DNA of 64,000 nt from the human T2T-CHM13v2.0 reference genome, Homo sapiens (GCF_009914755.1 NC_060930.1); one strand, 5' to 3'; positions 14,939 through 29,165 are shown, numbered from the stretch's first letter. The notes: a model not told the origin generated them from the sequence alone. Numbers and translations are program-made.

Positions 14939-15170
14939 GTCGAGCACCCGCACGGTGTCTGGAACGCTTCTCAATGCCGATCTAGAGAACTGACCGTCGA
15001 GCACCCGCACGGTGTCTGGAACGCGTCTCAATGCCGATCCAGAGAACTGACTGTCGAGCACCTGCACGGTGTCTGGAACGCTTCTCAATGCTGATCTAGA
15101 GAACTGACTGTCCAGCACCCGCACGGTGTCTGGAACGCGTCTCAATGCCGATCCGGAGAACTGACTGTCG
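14939..15170. repeat. 57-bp CpG-rich minisatellite, 4 copies
   Basis: Units start at 14939, 14996, 15053 and 15110. Confidence 0.96.
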
Positions 15171-15557
15171 TTGTTTAGGTTCAACTGAGATTTCACCTCC
15201 TCTAGAAAACTTCCCTGGACTTCCCCTCAACCGGACTGCACCCTTCCTATCATACATTTTCATACAATTTTGTACTCCCCACTACCTCACACTTTTCACT
15301 ATTCCAACTGAATACATGCCTATGTGATTTTTTAGATGGTGTGTTTCTCCCTAGACCACAAGCTCCAAGAGGCCAGCTCGCACTGCACTTCCGGCTCCTG
15401 GCACAGCAGCCAGCACCCTGGTGACCAGCCCTGGCTGCACATGAATCGCCCGGGAGCTTGAAATTGCCTGGACTCCAGCCACAGAGATTAGAATGTGCTT
15501 GGCACGGAGGGAAGGGGTAAGGCCAAGAATTGATAACTGGTTGTTAAAAAGCCCCAG

Positions 15558-15926
<369 letters not shown>

Positions 15927-16319
15927 TTATTGGTTGAATCAACAGAGAAATAAATATGTAAGGCTTTCTAAATATTCCCAAAGACTGCAGACTGTGTGTA
16001 ACATTTGCTGTCATTTTCACTTGCTAAAAATATAAAATAATTAATGACATTAATGGGGATGTTGACATGGCTTCAGCAGAGATACCTGGGTTTTCTTAAA
16101 TACCAAGCATAGAAAAAAATGGCATCAGAGCTGGAAAGTACTCAAATCCAAGCCAACTAATTCATGACAAAACTATGCTAGAAAGAAACAACGGCGACCT
16201 CTCCATTGTACTTCCTTCTCTACCAAGACTGCTCTCCTGTTACAGCTCCTGATCCTCCCAGGGACCTGATGAGGGCCATTACTCCTTTTCATGTCATCCA
16301 GTTAGGGGCTCAGGTCTCA

Positions 16320-17510
16320 GGCCCTGCATTTGCCAGAGTCACCACCAACAGCGTAAGAGCAATCCTAAGGACATTTCTCTTTCATCTTCTGCTTCATCTT
16401 GGAGATTTTGCTGACCACTCCCTTCTGTTTTCCTCCCGCCATGACCACCCCTTCTTCGTTTCCTTTGAAGGCTTCTCTTCTTCTACCAGCCCCTAAAACA
16501 TCACTTGTCAGGACTCTTTCCTGAGTTTGCTTCTTTTTTCGTCTTCTTGGGTAAATGCACGAGTTCCAAGGGACCACCTGTATGCCCACCAAGCTCAAAT
16601 TTCTCAGTCTCTAGATCCAACTACTTCCATCTCTACTTACATGTCAGACAACCCCAAGTCAAGCTGTCCAAACAAAGAGGCGGAATCACTTTTCTCCCCT
16701 ATGTTCCCTAACTCAGTGGCACCATCACCCTAACTAGCTGCCAGTCAGCCATCTGGAAATCACTGCTCATCCCTTCCTCCTCTTCATTTGTCCATCATCC
16801 AGCCCTATCAGTTCTATTCCTGAACGGCCCTGGAGTCCATGCTCTTCTTCACATTCCCACCACCTCCACATCAGGTGGGGTGCCTGTCTCCTCACCAGCT
16901 TCACTGCTCTGGGCTTGCTCCCTCTCATCCACCCACTATGGGCGGCCAGAGTCGTCATCTTTTCAAAAGTAAGTCTGAGCTTGTCTTCCCCCAATCCATT
17001 GACCCCAGCTTAAAATCCGTCAGCAACTCCCCATCGCACTCTGGGTGAAGTCCAAACCTGTCACAGCAGCCAAGAAAGTTCGTCTCTTCACTCCACCTCC
17101 ACGATCTAAGCTCCAACCACACAGGATTCAGAGGCCTTCTTGTGCTTGTAACCTGTGCACATTCTCCCTTCCTGGAAGTCTTAAATGCTTTCCTCCTCTA
17201 TTTCAACTGTCAAGTACAGATACCCTTCTGATCTCAAAAGAGATGTCACTCCCTTCAGCTCTCAGAATGTCACTCCCCTGACCTCAAAACCCTGGATCAG
17301 AGGCTACTCCTAAGCACTCCAATGTCACTCAGAACTTCCCCAGTCATATGAAACAGCACACAATATTCTAACAGCTGGCTGGTTATCTGTCTACCCTACT
17401 ATTTTGTGAGCTTGCATGAGCTAGGCCCTTGTCTGTTGTCCTGACTACTGTGACTTTGGCACCCAACAGTGTCTGCAGCATAGCAGGCATTCAATGTACT
17501 CAATATTCTC
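16320..17510 (+). mobile_element. L2 LINE fragments
   Basis: Degenerate L2 motifs (gaccactcccttct, ctacttacatgtc..., 3' end cccaacagtgtctgcagcatagcaggcattcaat); boundaries approximate. Confidence 0.5.
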
Positions 17511-18199
17511 CAAATGATAGTATACAAACAAAAGCCAATACACCTGCACGCAAATAGACCTTTGACTTCTCTCCCCCAGCTTCCCTCAGGGCCTCCACAC
17601 AGGTGGTCCCTTTCTCAAGCTGAGATGGCTAGTAAGCTACCTTTTATCCTTCCAGTTCTAATACGGAGGCTTCTCTGAGACATTCCCACACCAGCCATCT
17701 AAAGCATTCTCCTCAGTTACTCCCTTTTGGAACATCTTGATTTTCTTTTTTTCTTTCATCACATGTCCCAGCATTTTATTTGGTTAGTTACATGTTTAGT
17801 GGCTTTTCCTTCCTCTAGCGGTAACTCTGGGAGGCAGCAGCTATGTCTTACTAGCGATGGGTGCAGTGCCTGGCACAGAGCAGGACTCAACATACACCTG
17901 ACGAGACGATGTGCAGACTGATAGTTACCAAAGACCAATGTCACCTCCTCGGCATCACGCTGCCTGCCCCGAAACGTCAGCGCTGTCCACCAATCGCAAA
18001 AACAGACATGATAAAAGAGTTGTCCCTTTTCATTAGTACAATGCTAACCAGTGGCCAAAAAAACCACAAAACAAGCAAAAGACAATAATAAGAGATACCA
18101 AGTAAATTAGGTAGTCAGTGCCTTCATCATTAAACATTCCCAGAATGCATCAAAATGACATGAAGGAATCACACAACACATTGGAAGAGAAATCCTTGC

Positions 18200-18318
18200 C
18201 TTTCAGATCTTTCACGTAGCCCTCTTTGCAACTGTGCATGAGCTGAAGGATCCACTTGTGTTGGGCTCCAATGCATTGCCAAGCAGGGTCACCAGACGCA
18301 TGAAGGTCAGACAGGTAC
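18200..18318 (-). CDS. EXOC2: EXOC2 exon 11 (119 nt; [14 protein letters not shown]...VKDLK), GC donor
   Basis: tttttcag| acceptor; only the donor AAAG|gcaagg joins in frame to exon 12 to give KDLKGNPG. Confidence 0.94.
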
Positions 18319-18474
18319 CTGAAAAAGCAAGTCCAAGGTTGAGGCCAAAGGGAAATGCTGGCATATTTTAAAATCATTACTTTTTAAAGGCTAAAATTTT
18401 ATCAATTAGTCTTGTGCCCTGTCAAATATTAGTCTTTAATATTTAATTCTCAATGAAATATATTCAAATTTCTT

Positions 18475-18837
<363 letters not shown>

Positions 18838-19049
18838 CTATTAAAAACAGCTCTTTGTAAAAAGATAAGGACAATTTGCAGTGATCCTATCTACCTGATG
18901 AGCATTTTTCTTTATATTTATATTTAGTTCACAGGAGTTTTTCTACTTAGTTCAGAGTCATTATATTAGACACAGGTGGGAGCCAGCAGATACTGGGCAA
19001 ATACTTTTAAAATTTCAGATGTTTTTTAATTCCTTTCTGATATGAAATA

Positions 19050-19068
19050 TGGCCACGAGATGGCAGTA
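19050..19068 (+). promoter_or_regulatory. Candidate CTCF binding site
   Basis: TGGCCACGAGATGGCAGTA closely matches the CTCF core TGGCCASYAGRKGGCRSTA. Confidence 0.6.
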
Positions 19069-22000
19069 TGGCACCGCTTTCTAAAACTAGCTAAATGAGG
19101 GCTAACCGAACTGTGAAGAGATTTGGTGACAACACTCACCTCTAAAGTCTACACTCACGACTGAGAAAATATTTCTCTAGGAAATATAGTATAGTTCGGT
19201 GTTTTTCTTAGTTTCTAAATATTCTTAAAATATATCAAGTCTTTGTCTATAAAACACCCAAATCCATAGAGACCATTTACTTCCATAGAAAAATTTCTGT
19301 CAAATATTATTTAAGATTTGGCCCTCAGCCCTCACAAAATATATAAATATAGCAAGCTAAATCCAATTAAATCAACTCCAAAAGCATGTCCAAATGAATT
19401 TATTGTCTTAAAACTGTTGTTAAGCCATATGCCATTCTTTGTCTCTGGGTTAGAGGTTTTTGTTCAGTGGTAAATCATCATCAATGGCTCCAGGCTGACC
19501 TTGGGCCAGACCTCAATCCCTCAGGGGTGCACCCATGCTTCCAGCCCATTCTTCCAGTAGTGAGTGTGTGTTACTCAGGTATCTCAATCAGCAGCCAATC
19601 AGAGGAGAAACAAATCCACTTTGTAATATGTTAGCAACAAATAAAATGCTGAGAACACTGACATTCCCAGCTGATGGGGAGGGACTGGGTGCTGTGGGGA
19701 GCCGGATATCCAGGCATCTGCAGACGGGCCACACTCAGGCTGCCCAGAGGTGGCTGAGAGCTGCCATCTCCTCCCCCTTGTGACCACCTACAGGTTGCAA
19801 ACAGGATGTGTCTCTGTGCTGAGAAAGTGGCAGGTCAATTAGAAGGAAGAGCTTTACTCAGATTAAGAAGTCACCAGCACTCCTCCTCATAAATGAGAAT
19901 AGTATCCTGAGAAGAAAACTACAATCTAACAAGTTACATTTAGCTTGGCACAGGGGATTCATTTCAGATTCCAAAATGCAGTCTGATTCTTTCTCTCACA
20001 CAAGGCTTTCTTCTTTTATTACCTGAACGATAAATATAACAAATAGTACACTGTGTCTTTCTTCCCAAAGAACGTGATTCTATGCTTTCTTGCTGGGGAT
20101 GATGCATTTCAGCGTTCTCCCTAAATAGGCTTGTTTTACCTCCCAACACCTCTGCAACGCTTTCTCCTAACACTTTCACTCACGTAGCCCTCAGATTTGG
20201 TGTTAGTAGTAAAATAAAGAGATACTCTTTGAGGGACGGTGTTCCTTTTAATGTTTAAATTACTGAATAGGAGTGTAGACAGTTCCGTACAAGGGTTCTT
20301 TCTCCAGGAGTACAGCAAGAGGAATCAATAAGCTTTGCTTAGTGGCTTTTTACATTATACGTCTCTTTAAAATGTTGACTGTGTCCTTGCAAAACCTAAT
20401 AACAAAAGACTTTTTCTATCATCTTATTAACGGGTATTAAAGTAAAGGAGTTTATAAAAGTTTTACAAAGCAAGATAAAGTTGTTCTTTTAGAAATTCTA
20501 GACTCAGTTCAAAAGCATGACAACTTGTGCTGGGCTCTTCAAATAAGTTTCTTGTTTCCTTTCAGTATGCAGCTAAAAATAAGTAGTTACATTTCAAAAC
20601 TCTGTTTAGAATGATACATGTTATCGCCATTTCTTTTAAAACTGCATATTAAGAACACTTTTTAAAAAGGCTTTTTAGATTCAAAAGCAATGTAAAGAAT
20701 GTTAATTATGATTAACACAGGCTCAGTATTTTAAAATTTAAGAATAAAGGAAGTTTTTAGTCATATTCTGACATGATCTTCTCACAGCTACCAGGGATAA
20801 GATCACACTGCTGTGGAAAGGAATATGCAGAGCTTTGCTTCCTGCCAACATCAAGATAGAAATAAGGAGAGGGAGAAGAATAGGGAAGGTTTAAATTAGA
20901 TAAAATAGTGAATGATATTAGAAAAAATTGTGAACAGTAAGACAATATAGTGGTAATCTGATTTTCCCCTCTACTATGCATAATCTGGATTATGTAAGAA
21001 AACTAATACATTTTTGTTCATGATAAAGCTATCTCTATTCCTACTTGATGCTCATAAATTTCAAAGTCCAACAGGTATTTGACCTGGTTCTGATCTTATT
21101 TTTCTATTTCTTAGCGACTAAAAATTTCATTTAAAAAGGTAACAATTGCTCAGTATTTTCTCAAAGCATCATAAATAAAATAATCATTAACAAATACATA
21201 AACTATTGTTGACTTGTTTATATTTTTGCTCTTTTGCCTTTAAGATGACAGGAAAAATCGTAGTTAAAAGGCTCCTTAAAAGAATCTTTTTTGGCACTAC
21301 CACCTTTTAAACGATATCCAGTAAGTTATATACTCATAAAAACTGCACATGAGTTATCCATATAGATGGTAACCCACAACATAAAGAATTTGTACACTCA
21401 ACAAGATTTAACACACTACTATAGGCAAGTTTAACATAACAAGTGTAAACAGGCCAGAAATATACAAAGCACACGCAGTGAAGGAGCAGGGCAGGGAACA
21501 GCAGCCTCAGGACGTCTGAGGCTACCCAGCTGCGTGTCCTGGACACTACGCTCAACCTCCCTGCAACTCTGTCGCTTTCTAGGTAGAAAATAAAGCAGTT
21601 GGATGACAAATGTGTGGTTTATTTCCAGCTTTACATTTCTAGGATTCTACAAACCAGGAAAATCCCCTATATACATTCTTTCTTATGGAGGCAGCTTAGA
21701 GAGAAACAAGAGTGGGCTCTGAAGCCAAACAGGCGTCCCGTCCCCCGGGTCACTGTGTGTGCTGGGCAAGCTTCGGTGTTTTCACCTGTACAATGGGCAC
21801 CGCACAAGCGTCCTTTCATGGTGGTGATCAGGATTAGAGAGGACATGTAGAACACATCCCGCACAGCGCCTGAGCATGCTGCACACGTGCAGGGGTGGCA
21901 GCATGCAAACACAGCACCCTCTCTTCATCCCACCGCCACTGCCTCTGCTTGCTTCCTCCTGGGCAATACTAGTGTGCTGCCAATGACGACGGCTCATACT

Positions 22001-22109
22001 CCCGCCGTACGCCTCATCACTAGGACACAGGTCCAGGTGCGGATCTTTTCCCCCGTTCACACTTGCACACACAGCAGCTTTCAGGCCAGACGCTCTTTTC
22101 AAGACAGTC

Positions 22110-22398
22110 TTTTCTTTTCAGAGACAGGATCTTGCTGTCACCCAGGCTCGAGTGCAGTGGTACGATCACATCTCAGTGCAGTCTCGAACTCCTGGGCTCA
22201 AGAGATCCTACTGCCTCAGGCTCCTGAGTGGCTGGGTCTACAGGCATGCATCCCCGCATCTGGCTAATTTTTGATTTTTTGCAGAGACCAGGTTTTGCTA
22301 TATTGCCCAGGCTAGTCTTGAACTCTTAGACTCAAACAATCCTTCTGCCTTGGCCTCCCAAAGTGCTGGGATCACAGGTCTGGGCCACTGTGTCTGTT
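22110..22398 (-). mobile_element. AluJ
   Basis: Diverged Alu with aactcctgggctcaag diagnostic. Confidence 0.88.
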
Positions 22399-22914
22399 CC
22401 TGAGACATTATTTTCAAAGGTCACATGGGGACCACAGCTAAATTCATAAATACATAGTCTGTCATTTTACAACCACTGAATAGTCAATAAACTTCACTAA
22501 TTCAAGTGGAAAAACCATTAAATTTGGAAAATAATTTATTCTGAGAACAAAGGCCATACTCAAAAAATCCTAGCAGAAAATGAAGTTAATATTTTTAATC
22601 ACAGATATAAAAAACTTAAAATTTATATGCTTTATCTCCAAACCCTGACATAAACTACATGTACATAAAATTTACTGACTACTTTTTATGTGCCGGGTGA
22701 GGTATTAAACCCTTAAATGTATTTCTGATTATCTTTGCAACTATCCTGAGATGCAGATTTGATTACCATGTCCATTTCAGATGAAGAAACCGAAAAATAG
22801 AACTCAAGTCGGTTGCCCAAAGTTAACAGCTAGTTCCCATTATGTGATACTGTTTCTCTCTAAGGCCTTCTCTTCATATCCTGTGAAATTCACCTCTCTT
22901 AATATCACTGCAAA

Positions 22915-23212
22915 TTTTTTTTTTTAAGACAGAGTCTCACTCTGTTGCCCAGGCTGGAGTGCAGTGGTGTGAGATCTCGGTTCACTGCAACCTCTGCCTC
23001 CCGGGTTCAAGCGATTCTCCTGCCTCAGCCTCCTGAGTAGCTGGGATTACAGGCGCACATCACCATGCCAGGCTGATTTTTGTATTTTTAGTAGAGATGG
23101 GGTTTCACCACATTGGTCAGGCTGGTCTCAAACTCCTGACCTAGTGATCCGCCCGCCTCAGCCTCCCAAAGTGCTGTGCTGGGATTACAGGCATGAGCCA
23201 CGGTGCCCGGCC
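22915..23212 (-). mobile_element. AluS
   Basis: TSD aatat(c/t)actgcaa. Confidence 0.94.
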
Positions 23213-23753
23213 CAATATTACTGCAATTTTTTAAAAAGTATGCTCACTTAGTGACTTTATTTCTCTTTCACTGACCACTAAAGGCTTGGAAATCAGAAAG
23301 CTATTCAAGGTTAAAACCTTCCAGAACTTACTGTGCTGTTAAGCAGCAGCACATTCTTGTGGCATAATGCATTTCCCACCCAGTGTGTGACAGTATTCTG
23401 CTTTAAGCCATGCAGGGAGCCCCTCCTTCACAGATTATGGGTACCCACACCATCCCACTAGGCAAGGTACCCCTTTACTCAGCAGGAGGAAGAGGTTGAG
23501 ACTACTTTTCCTTTCCCGAAAATGGCAGAGTTTTCTCAAAAAGTGAGTAACTCCATAACTACTCCCAAATCTATTAGTATTCAAAAGAATTTTGATGTCC
23601 TACACCAGATAACCCTAAATTTCTGCTATTTGTCTTCCCCTTCACCATTTCATCAATCTCCTAAAGTCCCTCAAGTTAGCCTTAAGGGTTACAAGATGCA
23701 TACAGTACCAAACAGATACATGTGATTCAACAAAATGTTTGCAGAAGATTTAC

Positions 23754-23856
23754 CTTATGTAACGTTTTTGGTCATGTAAAGTTGATGGTGTCTCAAGCAA
23801 TTTATCCAGAAGTAATTCTCTTAAAGCTTCAATCCTTGTTTCTACTTCAGCATAAT
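23754..23856 (-). CDS. EXOC2: EXOC2 exon 10 (103 nt; [14 protein letters not shown]...QKRYI)
   Basis: aaatag| acceptor, TAAG|gtaaat donor; translated by hand. Confidence 0.96.
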
Positions 23857-24592
23857 CTATTTAAAAAGAAAAGAATACACAAGATTTACAGAATGAAAAT
23901 TTAATATCAAATTTCAAAAAGCAGAATAGTAGTTGCTTTTGTGGGGTGAGGGCTAAGAGGCACCAGGGCCGTGTCTAGAGTGATCAGAACACTATCTCCG
24001 ATGTAGGTTACAAGGGTGTACATATTTGTCAAAACTCACTGACCTCTAACATGTGAGGTCTGTACATTTCACTGCATGTATATTTTACCACAATAAAAAA
24101 ATAAATTTAGTTTTCTGGGTCCTTACAGATTTCATTTTTAAATTTAATAAGGCCCTGTGATATTTCTCCTGGTGGACTGTAACTCTGGCATTAGACATAA
24201 CTTCAAAAGTTGCTGAGCTTCCTTTAAAGGAGGTTGGAATTCTTCAGTCTATGGGTCTCTCTGAAGACGGGAAGATTAAAATGTAGGTTTCCATCTCTAG
24301 AAAATACTTGTCATTGATTCCTTCCAGTAAACTAAGACTTTCTAACAGCGTGATGGTTAACAAACGGCAGAGAACGTCTCAGGCGAACAACCTAGAGTCG
24401 TGGTTGCTCATTTTCACTGCGTATCAAATAAGAAAAGTCATACTGTTATTTCTGAAGTAATTGCTTTACATTGTAAAGAGAGCCTCATATAAACAAAAAC
24501 TAAAAACTCATATAACATTCTTTGCAGAACACATTCCACATTCTTCCTATAAAAGGAAAGGAGAAGATCTAAAAGTAATACATGAATCTTAC

Positions 24593-24674
24593 ATTTCTTG
24601 AAAACTTGCACCTCCGTTTTCCCAAAAAGTGACTTGGCCTTTTCATAATCATTAATAACCACATCATAATCACC
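24593..24674 (-). CDS. EXOC2: EXOC2 exon 9 (82 nt; [27 protein letters not shown])
   Basis: ttttaaag| acceptor after a 138-nt intron; AAAT|gtaaga donor. Confidence 0.96.
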
Positions 24675-24812
24675 CTTTAAAATAAAGAAACATTTTGAAA
24701 ACTGTCAGTAATGCAAAATGAAGACATTTGGTTAATATAAAAAACATCTTAAAAAATCTTAAAAATGTATGACAACTACAACCATATGTAAATAAATAAA
24801 CATGTACTCTAC

Positions 24813-24958
24813 CTTTTGAATATTCCTTTCAATATTTAGAGGAAGGTTGAAAAGAAACTTAAATCGCTGAAGCACATTGAGTGCATTTCTAGTGGAATCT
24901 GCCTTGTCTTTCCGACCTAATACTTCTTGAAACAATGTGTCTGCAGTATTACTTGCTC
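24813..24958 (-). CDS. EXOC2: EXOC2 exon 8 (146 nt; [19 protein letters not shown]...ERNIQK)
   Basis: aaaacag| acceptor, AAAG|gtagag donor; translated by hand. Confidence 0.96.
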
Positions 24959-26930
24959 CTGTTTTAAAAAGAGGAAAGGAAACTTAGATGAAAGCTGATT
25001 TTAATCAGAAAATGTGTAACTGGGCACTAGAAACAAAATGTTAATACTGCTATTGTAGTTTTACGTTAAAACTCAGACTGTTTTTCAGTTTAGGGGATCT
25101 TTTATGGTTTGCTAAAATAAAATTTCCATTTTGCCTAAGTCTTTTCATATGTTAAGAATGGTATCCAATATAAAAAGCACCATATTTACCATGCCCAAAT
25201 AAATTCTCTAATGTGAACCTACATTTATTTTCATTACGCTTCTAAACTGTATAGCAATTATGGGCCCTTAGGTTATTTCAGAACTTCATACAATAGGGTA
25301 AAGCACACACATACGCATGTATGTGCATACACGTGTACATTAGCTAAATTCTGCGGACTCAATATCTACATATGGGACAATAAACAAAACAAGGAAATCA
25401 TTTTCAGGAAAGTTGCTCAATAGAAATATTTAAAACAAATTCTATTCCTTGGCAGAATTACCTCTACGTAGCAGGCAAAGAAAATTATATAAGTAATTTA
25501 CAAATGACAAATGTGAAGGCAGCATCATGAATATTTCTTAAATCAGCTAATCTTATAAAAGTATACATGAGCTGCACATTTCCTAAGTTTTTTTTTTTTT
25601 CACCTAAAAGACCCCAAACCATATGAATCACTGTAATGAAAGAGTTGCTTTATTTAAAGCAAAATTTGCTGTGTACAAAAACAGTTTAAATTTTGCAACT
25701 TGTGAATTAGTTTTAATTCCACAACGAAAGGAGAGAAAAAAGATAAACTGTTTTTGCCTGTTTGATCGCTGCTTGTAAAAAGTTTCTGCATTATCTGGTC
25801 TAGTGACTATACTTTAAGCAAAGATGAAAAAATTGCCTCAGTCTCACTGGGTGGCTCGCATGCAATATTCTCTAGAGCACACTGTGGGTGGCCTGATCCT
25901 GTTAAAAGTCATCTTTGTAACATGATTGTTTTATCTAAATAATGTTTAAATTCTGTTGAAATTTTAAAGGCCTCATATAAAAACTTTGTTTTGTCAAGAT
26001 AACTGTTTTCACCACATGCTATTTAAGTAGAATTCTACATTTCTATTATAAGATGAGAAAAAATATATTTCCTTCTTGCCACCAAACCACACAATGGAGG
26101 CTAAATTAGTATTTGAAATCTGATTAGGGTTAAAACTTTTGGTCATCAAAGAAAATTATTTTAAAGTATTTATCACTTAAAAAATATAAATTTCAAGAAT
26201 TGAGGCTCATAAATGAATAGATATGTAAAGGAGACTAAATCTTTTTAAAAGGTTAATTACTTATATGTTAGGTTTGGATGTTAAATCACCAAGCACTGTT
26301 GTTTTACATTTTTTATTAGTTTTTAGTATAATGAAATTTGGGGCAAAAAGTATGAATTCAAAATTAGATTTTTCTCATCTTATTAAAGTCGTAAAATATT
26401 ATCAACTAATAATTTTAACTTCTCTAAAAAGTATGAAAACAAGTACAGGAAGAAAACTCACTTATAATTAAATAAAATAGAGACAGAGAAAAATTTATAT
26501 GCAGAAATTATAAACTATAAAATTATGTTTATTTATGCCAAAATACATGTACTTATATGTTGAAAATTTTATGTGAATACTGACAAATTATAAGTTATGA
26601 GATTATAATTTTTAATTTAGAGATAACTTCTGTCTGTAAATTACTGTTCTGCTGTAAATTTAATTGTATTCACAATAAAACTGAAGTTCCTAACTCTGAT
26701 TATCAGATAATGTATTCAGTAATAAAATACATGAGGGCAGTGAAACCAAGATTTGTGCAAATAGATAAAAATCACCAGTAGCTCACAAAATGCATTTTAT
26801 GTCTTTCTTCTTTAGGGCTACTAATAAGAAAACAAAACTATTGAAGAAAAGGGGTGCTCTTCACATGTGAGGCTGATGTCACAGATAACGCCACCAGGAA
26901 GGCATCAACAAAGGTCATCCCATAAAATCC

Positions 26931-27728
26931 CCTTGTGCGAATCCACACACATTCTCACACCAAGAACACCCCGTGTGCGAATCCACACACATTCTCACAC
27001 CAAGAACACCCCGTGTGCGAATCCACACACATTCTCACACCAAGAACACCCCGTCTGCGAATCCACACACATTCTCACACCAAGAACACCCCGTGTGCGA
27101 ATCCACACACATTCTCACACCAAGAACACCCCGTCTGCGAATCCACACACATTCTCACACCAAGAACACCCCGTGTGCGAATCCACACATTCTCACACCA
27201 AGAACACCCCGTGTGCGAATCCACACACATTCTCACACCAAGAACACCCCGTGAGCGAATCCACACACATTCTCACACCAAGAACACCCCGTGTGCGAAT
27301 CCACACACATTCTCACACCAAGAACACCCCGTGTGCGAATCCACACACATTCTCACACCAAGAACAACCCGTCTGCGAATCCACACACATTCTCACACCA
27401 AGAACACCCCGTGTGCGAATCCACACACATTCTCACACCAAGAACACCCCGTGTGCGAATCCACACACATTCTCACACCAAGAACACCCCGTCTGCGAAT
27501 CCACACACATTCTCACACCAAGAACACCCCGTGTGCGAATCCACACACATTCTCACACCAAGAACACCCCGTGTGCGAATCCACACACATTCTCACACCA
27601 AGAACACCCCGTGTGCGAATCCACACACATTCTCACACCAAGAACACCCCGTGTGCGAATCCACACACATTCTCACACCAAGAACACCCCGTGTGCAAAT
27701 CCACACACATTCTCACACCAAGAACGCC
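26931..27728. repeat. 40-bp VNTR, 20 copies (ccgtgtgcgaatccacacacattctcacaccaagaacacc)
   Basis: Counted directly; one 38-bp unit at 27171. Confidence 0.98.
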
Positions 27729-29073
27729 CAATTTTAAGGCAGCTGGTAAGGGTTTGAACATCAGTGTCCAACCACAGAACAAGTCCACCTGGAGTGGATG
27801 GCCATGACTTTGGCCTCATAGGCTGTAGGACAAACCCTGATCTCTATTTGCCAGCCTTGGGCAAACCAAGGTCTGGAACTTGGTCCTTTCTCCTCACCCA
27901 AAGATGGTCTCCAGCACCAGTGAATTTGGACAATGCCTCTCACTGTCTCGGTCACACAGGAACTGCAAGAACTAACAGCAATGATGTAAACACAGCGTGG
28001 TTGCCACCAGTGTAGTCGGGTCTGTGGAGCAGTAAAATTTCCCTACAGTGCAAGATGGGAAGGAAAGTCCAGGTAGCATTACACACCAGTCGGTGGAACT
28101 CATACCTGCCCAGTGATCTTACATCCTTAACAACGGAACAAACATCTTTGTATGTGCCAGGAACTCCAGTCATCTAGAAAACCTAGTCCTGTAATTCTGA
28201 TGGTGTCTTATAATTTCAACCATGTTTATTTAAAGTAAATATTATGCTTTCTCTTATTTCAAAGTGACCATTTGGTCCTTTCCTTGGTACTGACACTTGA
28301 GACAGATCACGGAAGTGATTTCTAATCTGCTCTCCACTTGCTGTGAATTGGAGAGGTCAGAGGCAGGACAGAAGGAACGCCCCCTCACCTGCTACCCCAC
28401 CCACCACAGCACAATGTATCCCAGGAATAAGCAAGTTGAATGAGATTAGGAAGTGAAACATTAGGGTGCCTGGAATATCAGAGTAACCCTAAAATGTACA
28501 AATTCACAAAGAGACCTAACTACCTCAATTTCAACAGGCTAGAAAATGACGAGATAGGCTGCCGGCTATACCATAACGATGCTATACGGACAGGATCATT
28601 AACAGTACTGAAAGCCTGTTTCACAGCACTATGCCTGACACTCTGTGTGGAGTAGATGGAACTGAGGAAAGAGCTGACGTCAGCACGTACCCCTCTCAAG
28701 AGCAACTGTCAGTATCTCTTCACCTCCAAGCTGAGTTGGCAGCTTGAAACCAACCCCAATGGGAGTATTTACACCTTGGAAATTGGGAAATGCTAATATT
28801 AGGTTAATTTTTTCTATCTTCTTCTTTTTTTTTTTGAATGCATGTTGTGAAATATTTGCCAGCCAGCCACTGAGCAAACGTCAGTTTCTTTTCCACATCC
28901 TGGCCCTTCTGGATATTCCCTAGTGTTCCAAATCCTTAGCATTCTTCTTTCATTTTGCACGTGGTACTTGGGTTAAATCATTCAATCCTGTTTGTCCAAC
29001 TACCATCTTTATGCTGGTGACTCCCAAATCTGTGTTTCAAGATGTGTTTGCGAGCGTAAGACCAATCCTTAAA

Positions 29074-29165
29074 AATATTTTCACTAGACATGCAATAATG
29101 ATAGCTAATAATGACAGGAATATTTTCACTGGACATACAATAATGACAGCTAATAACGACAGGAA
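29074..29165. repeat. 45-bp tandem duplication
   Basis: aatattttcact(a/g)gacat(g/a)caataatga(t/c)agctaataa(t/c)gacagg x2. Confidence 0.9.

Noticed and set aside
26867-27807. 290-296 aa ORFs as a novel protein gene, or the array as CRISPR
   Set aside because: They are translations of a stop-free 40-bp VNTR; there are no unique spacers, and the context is a eukaryotic intron
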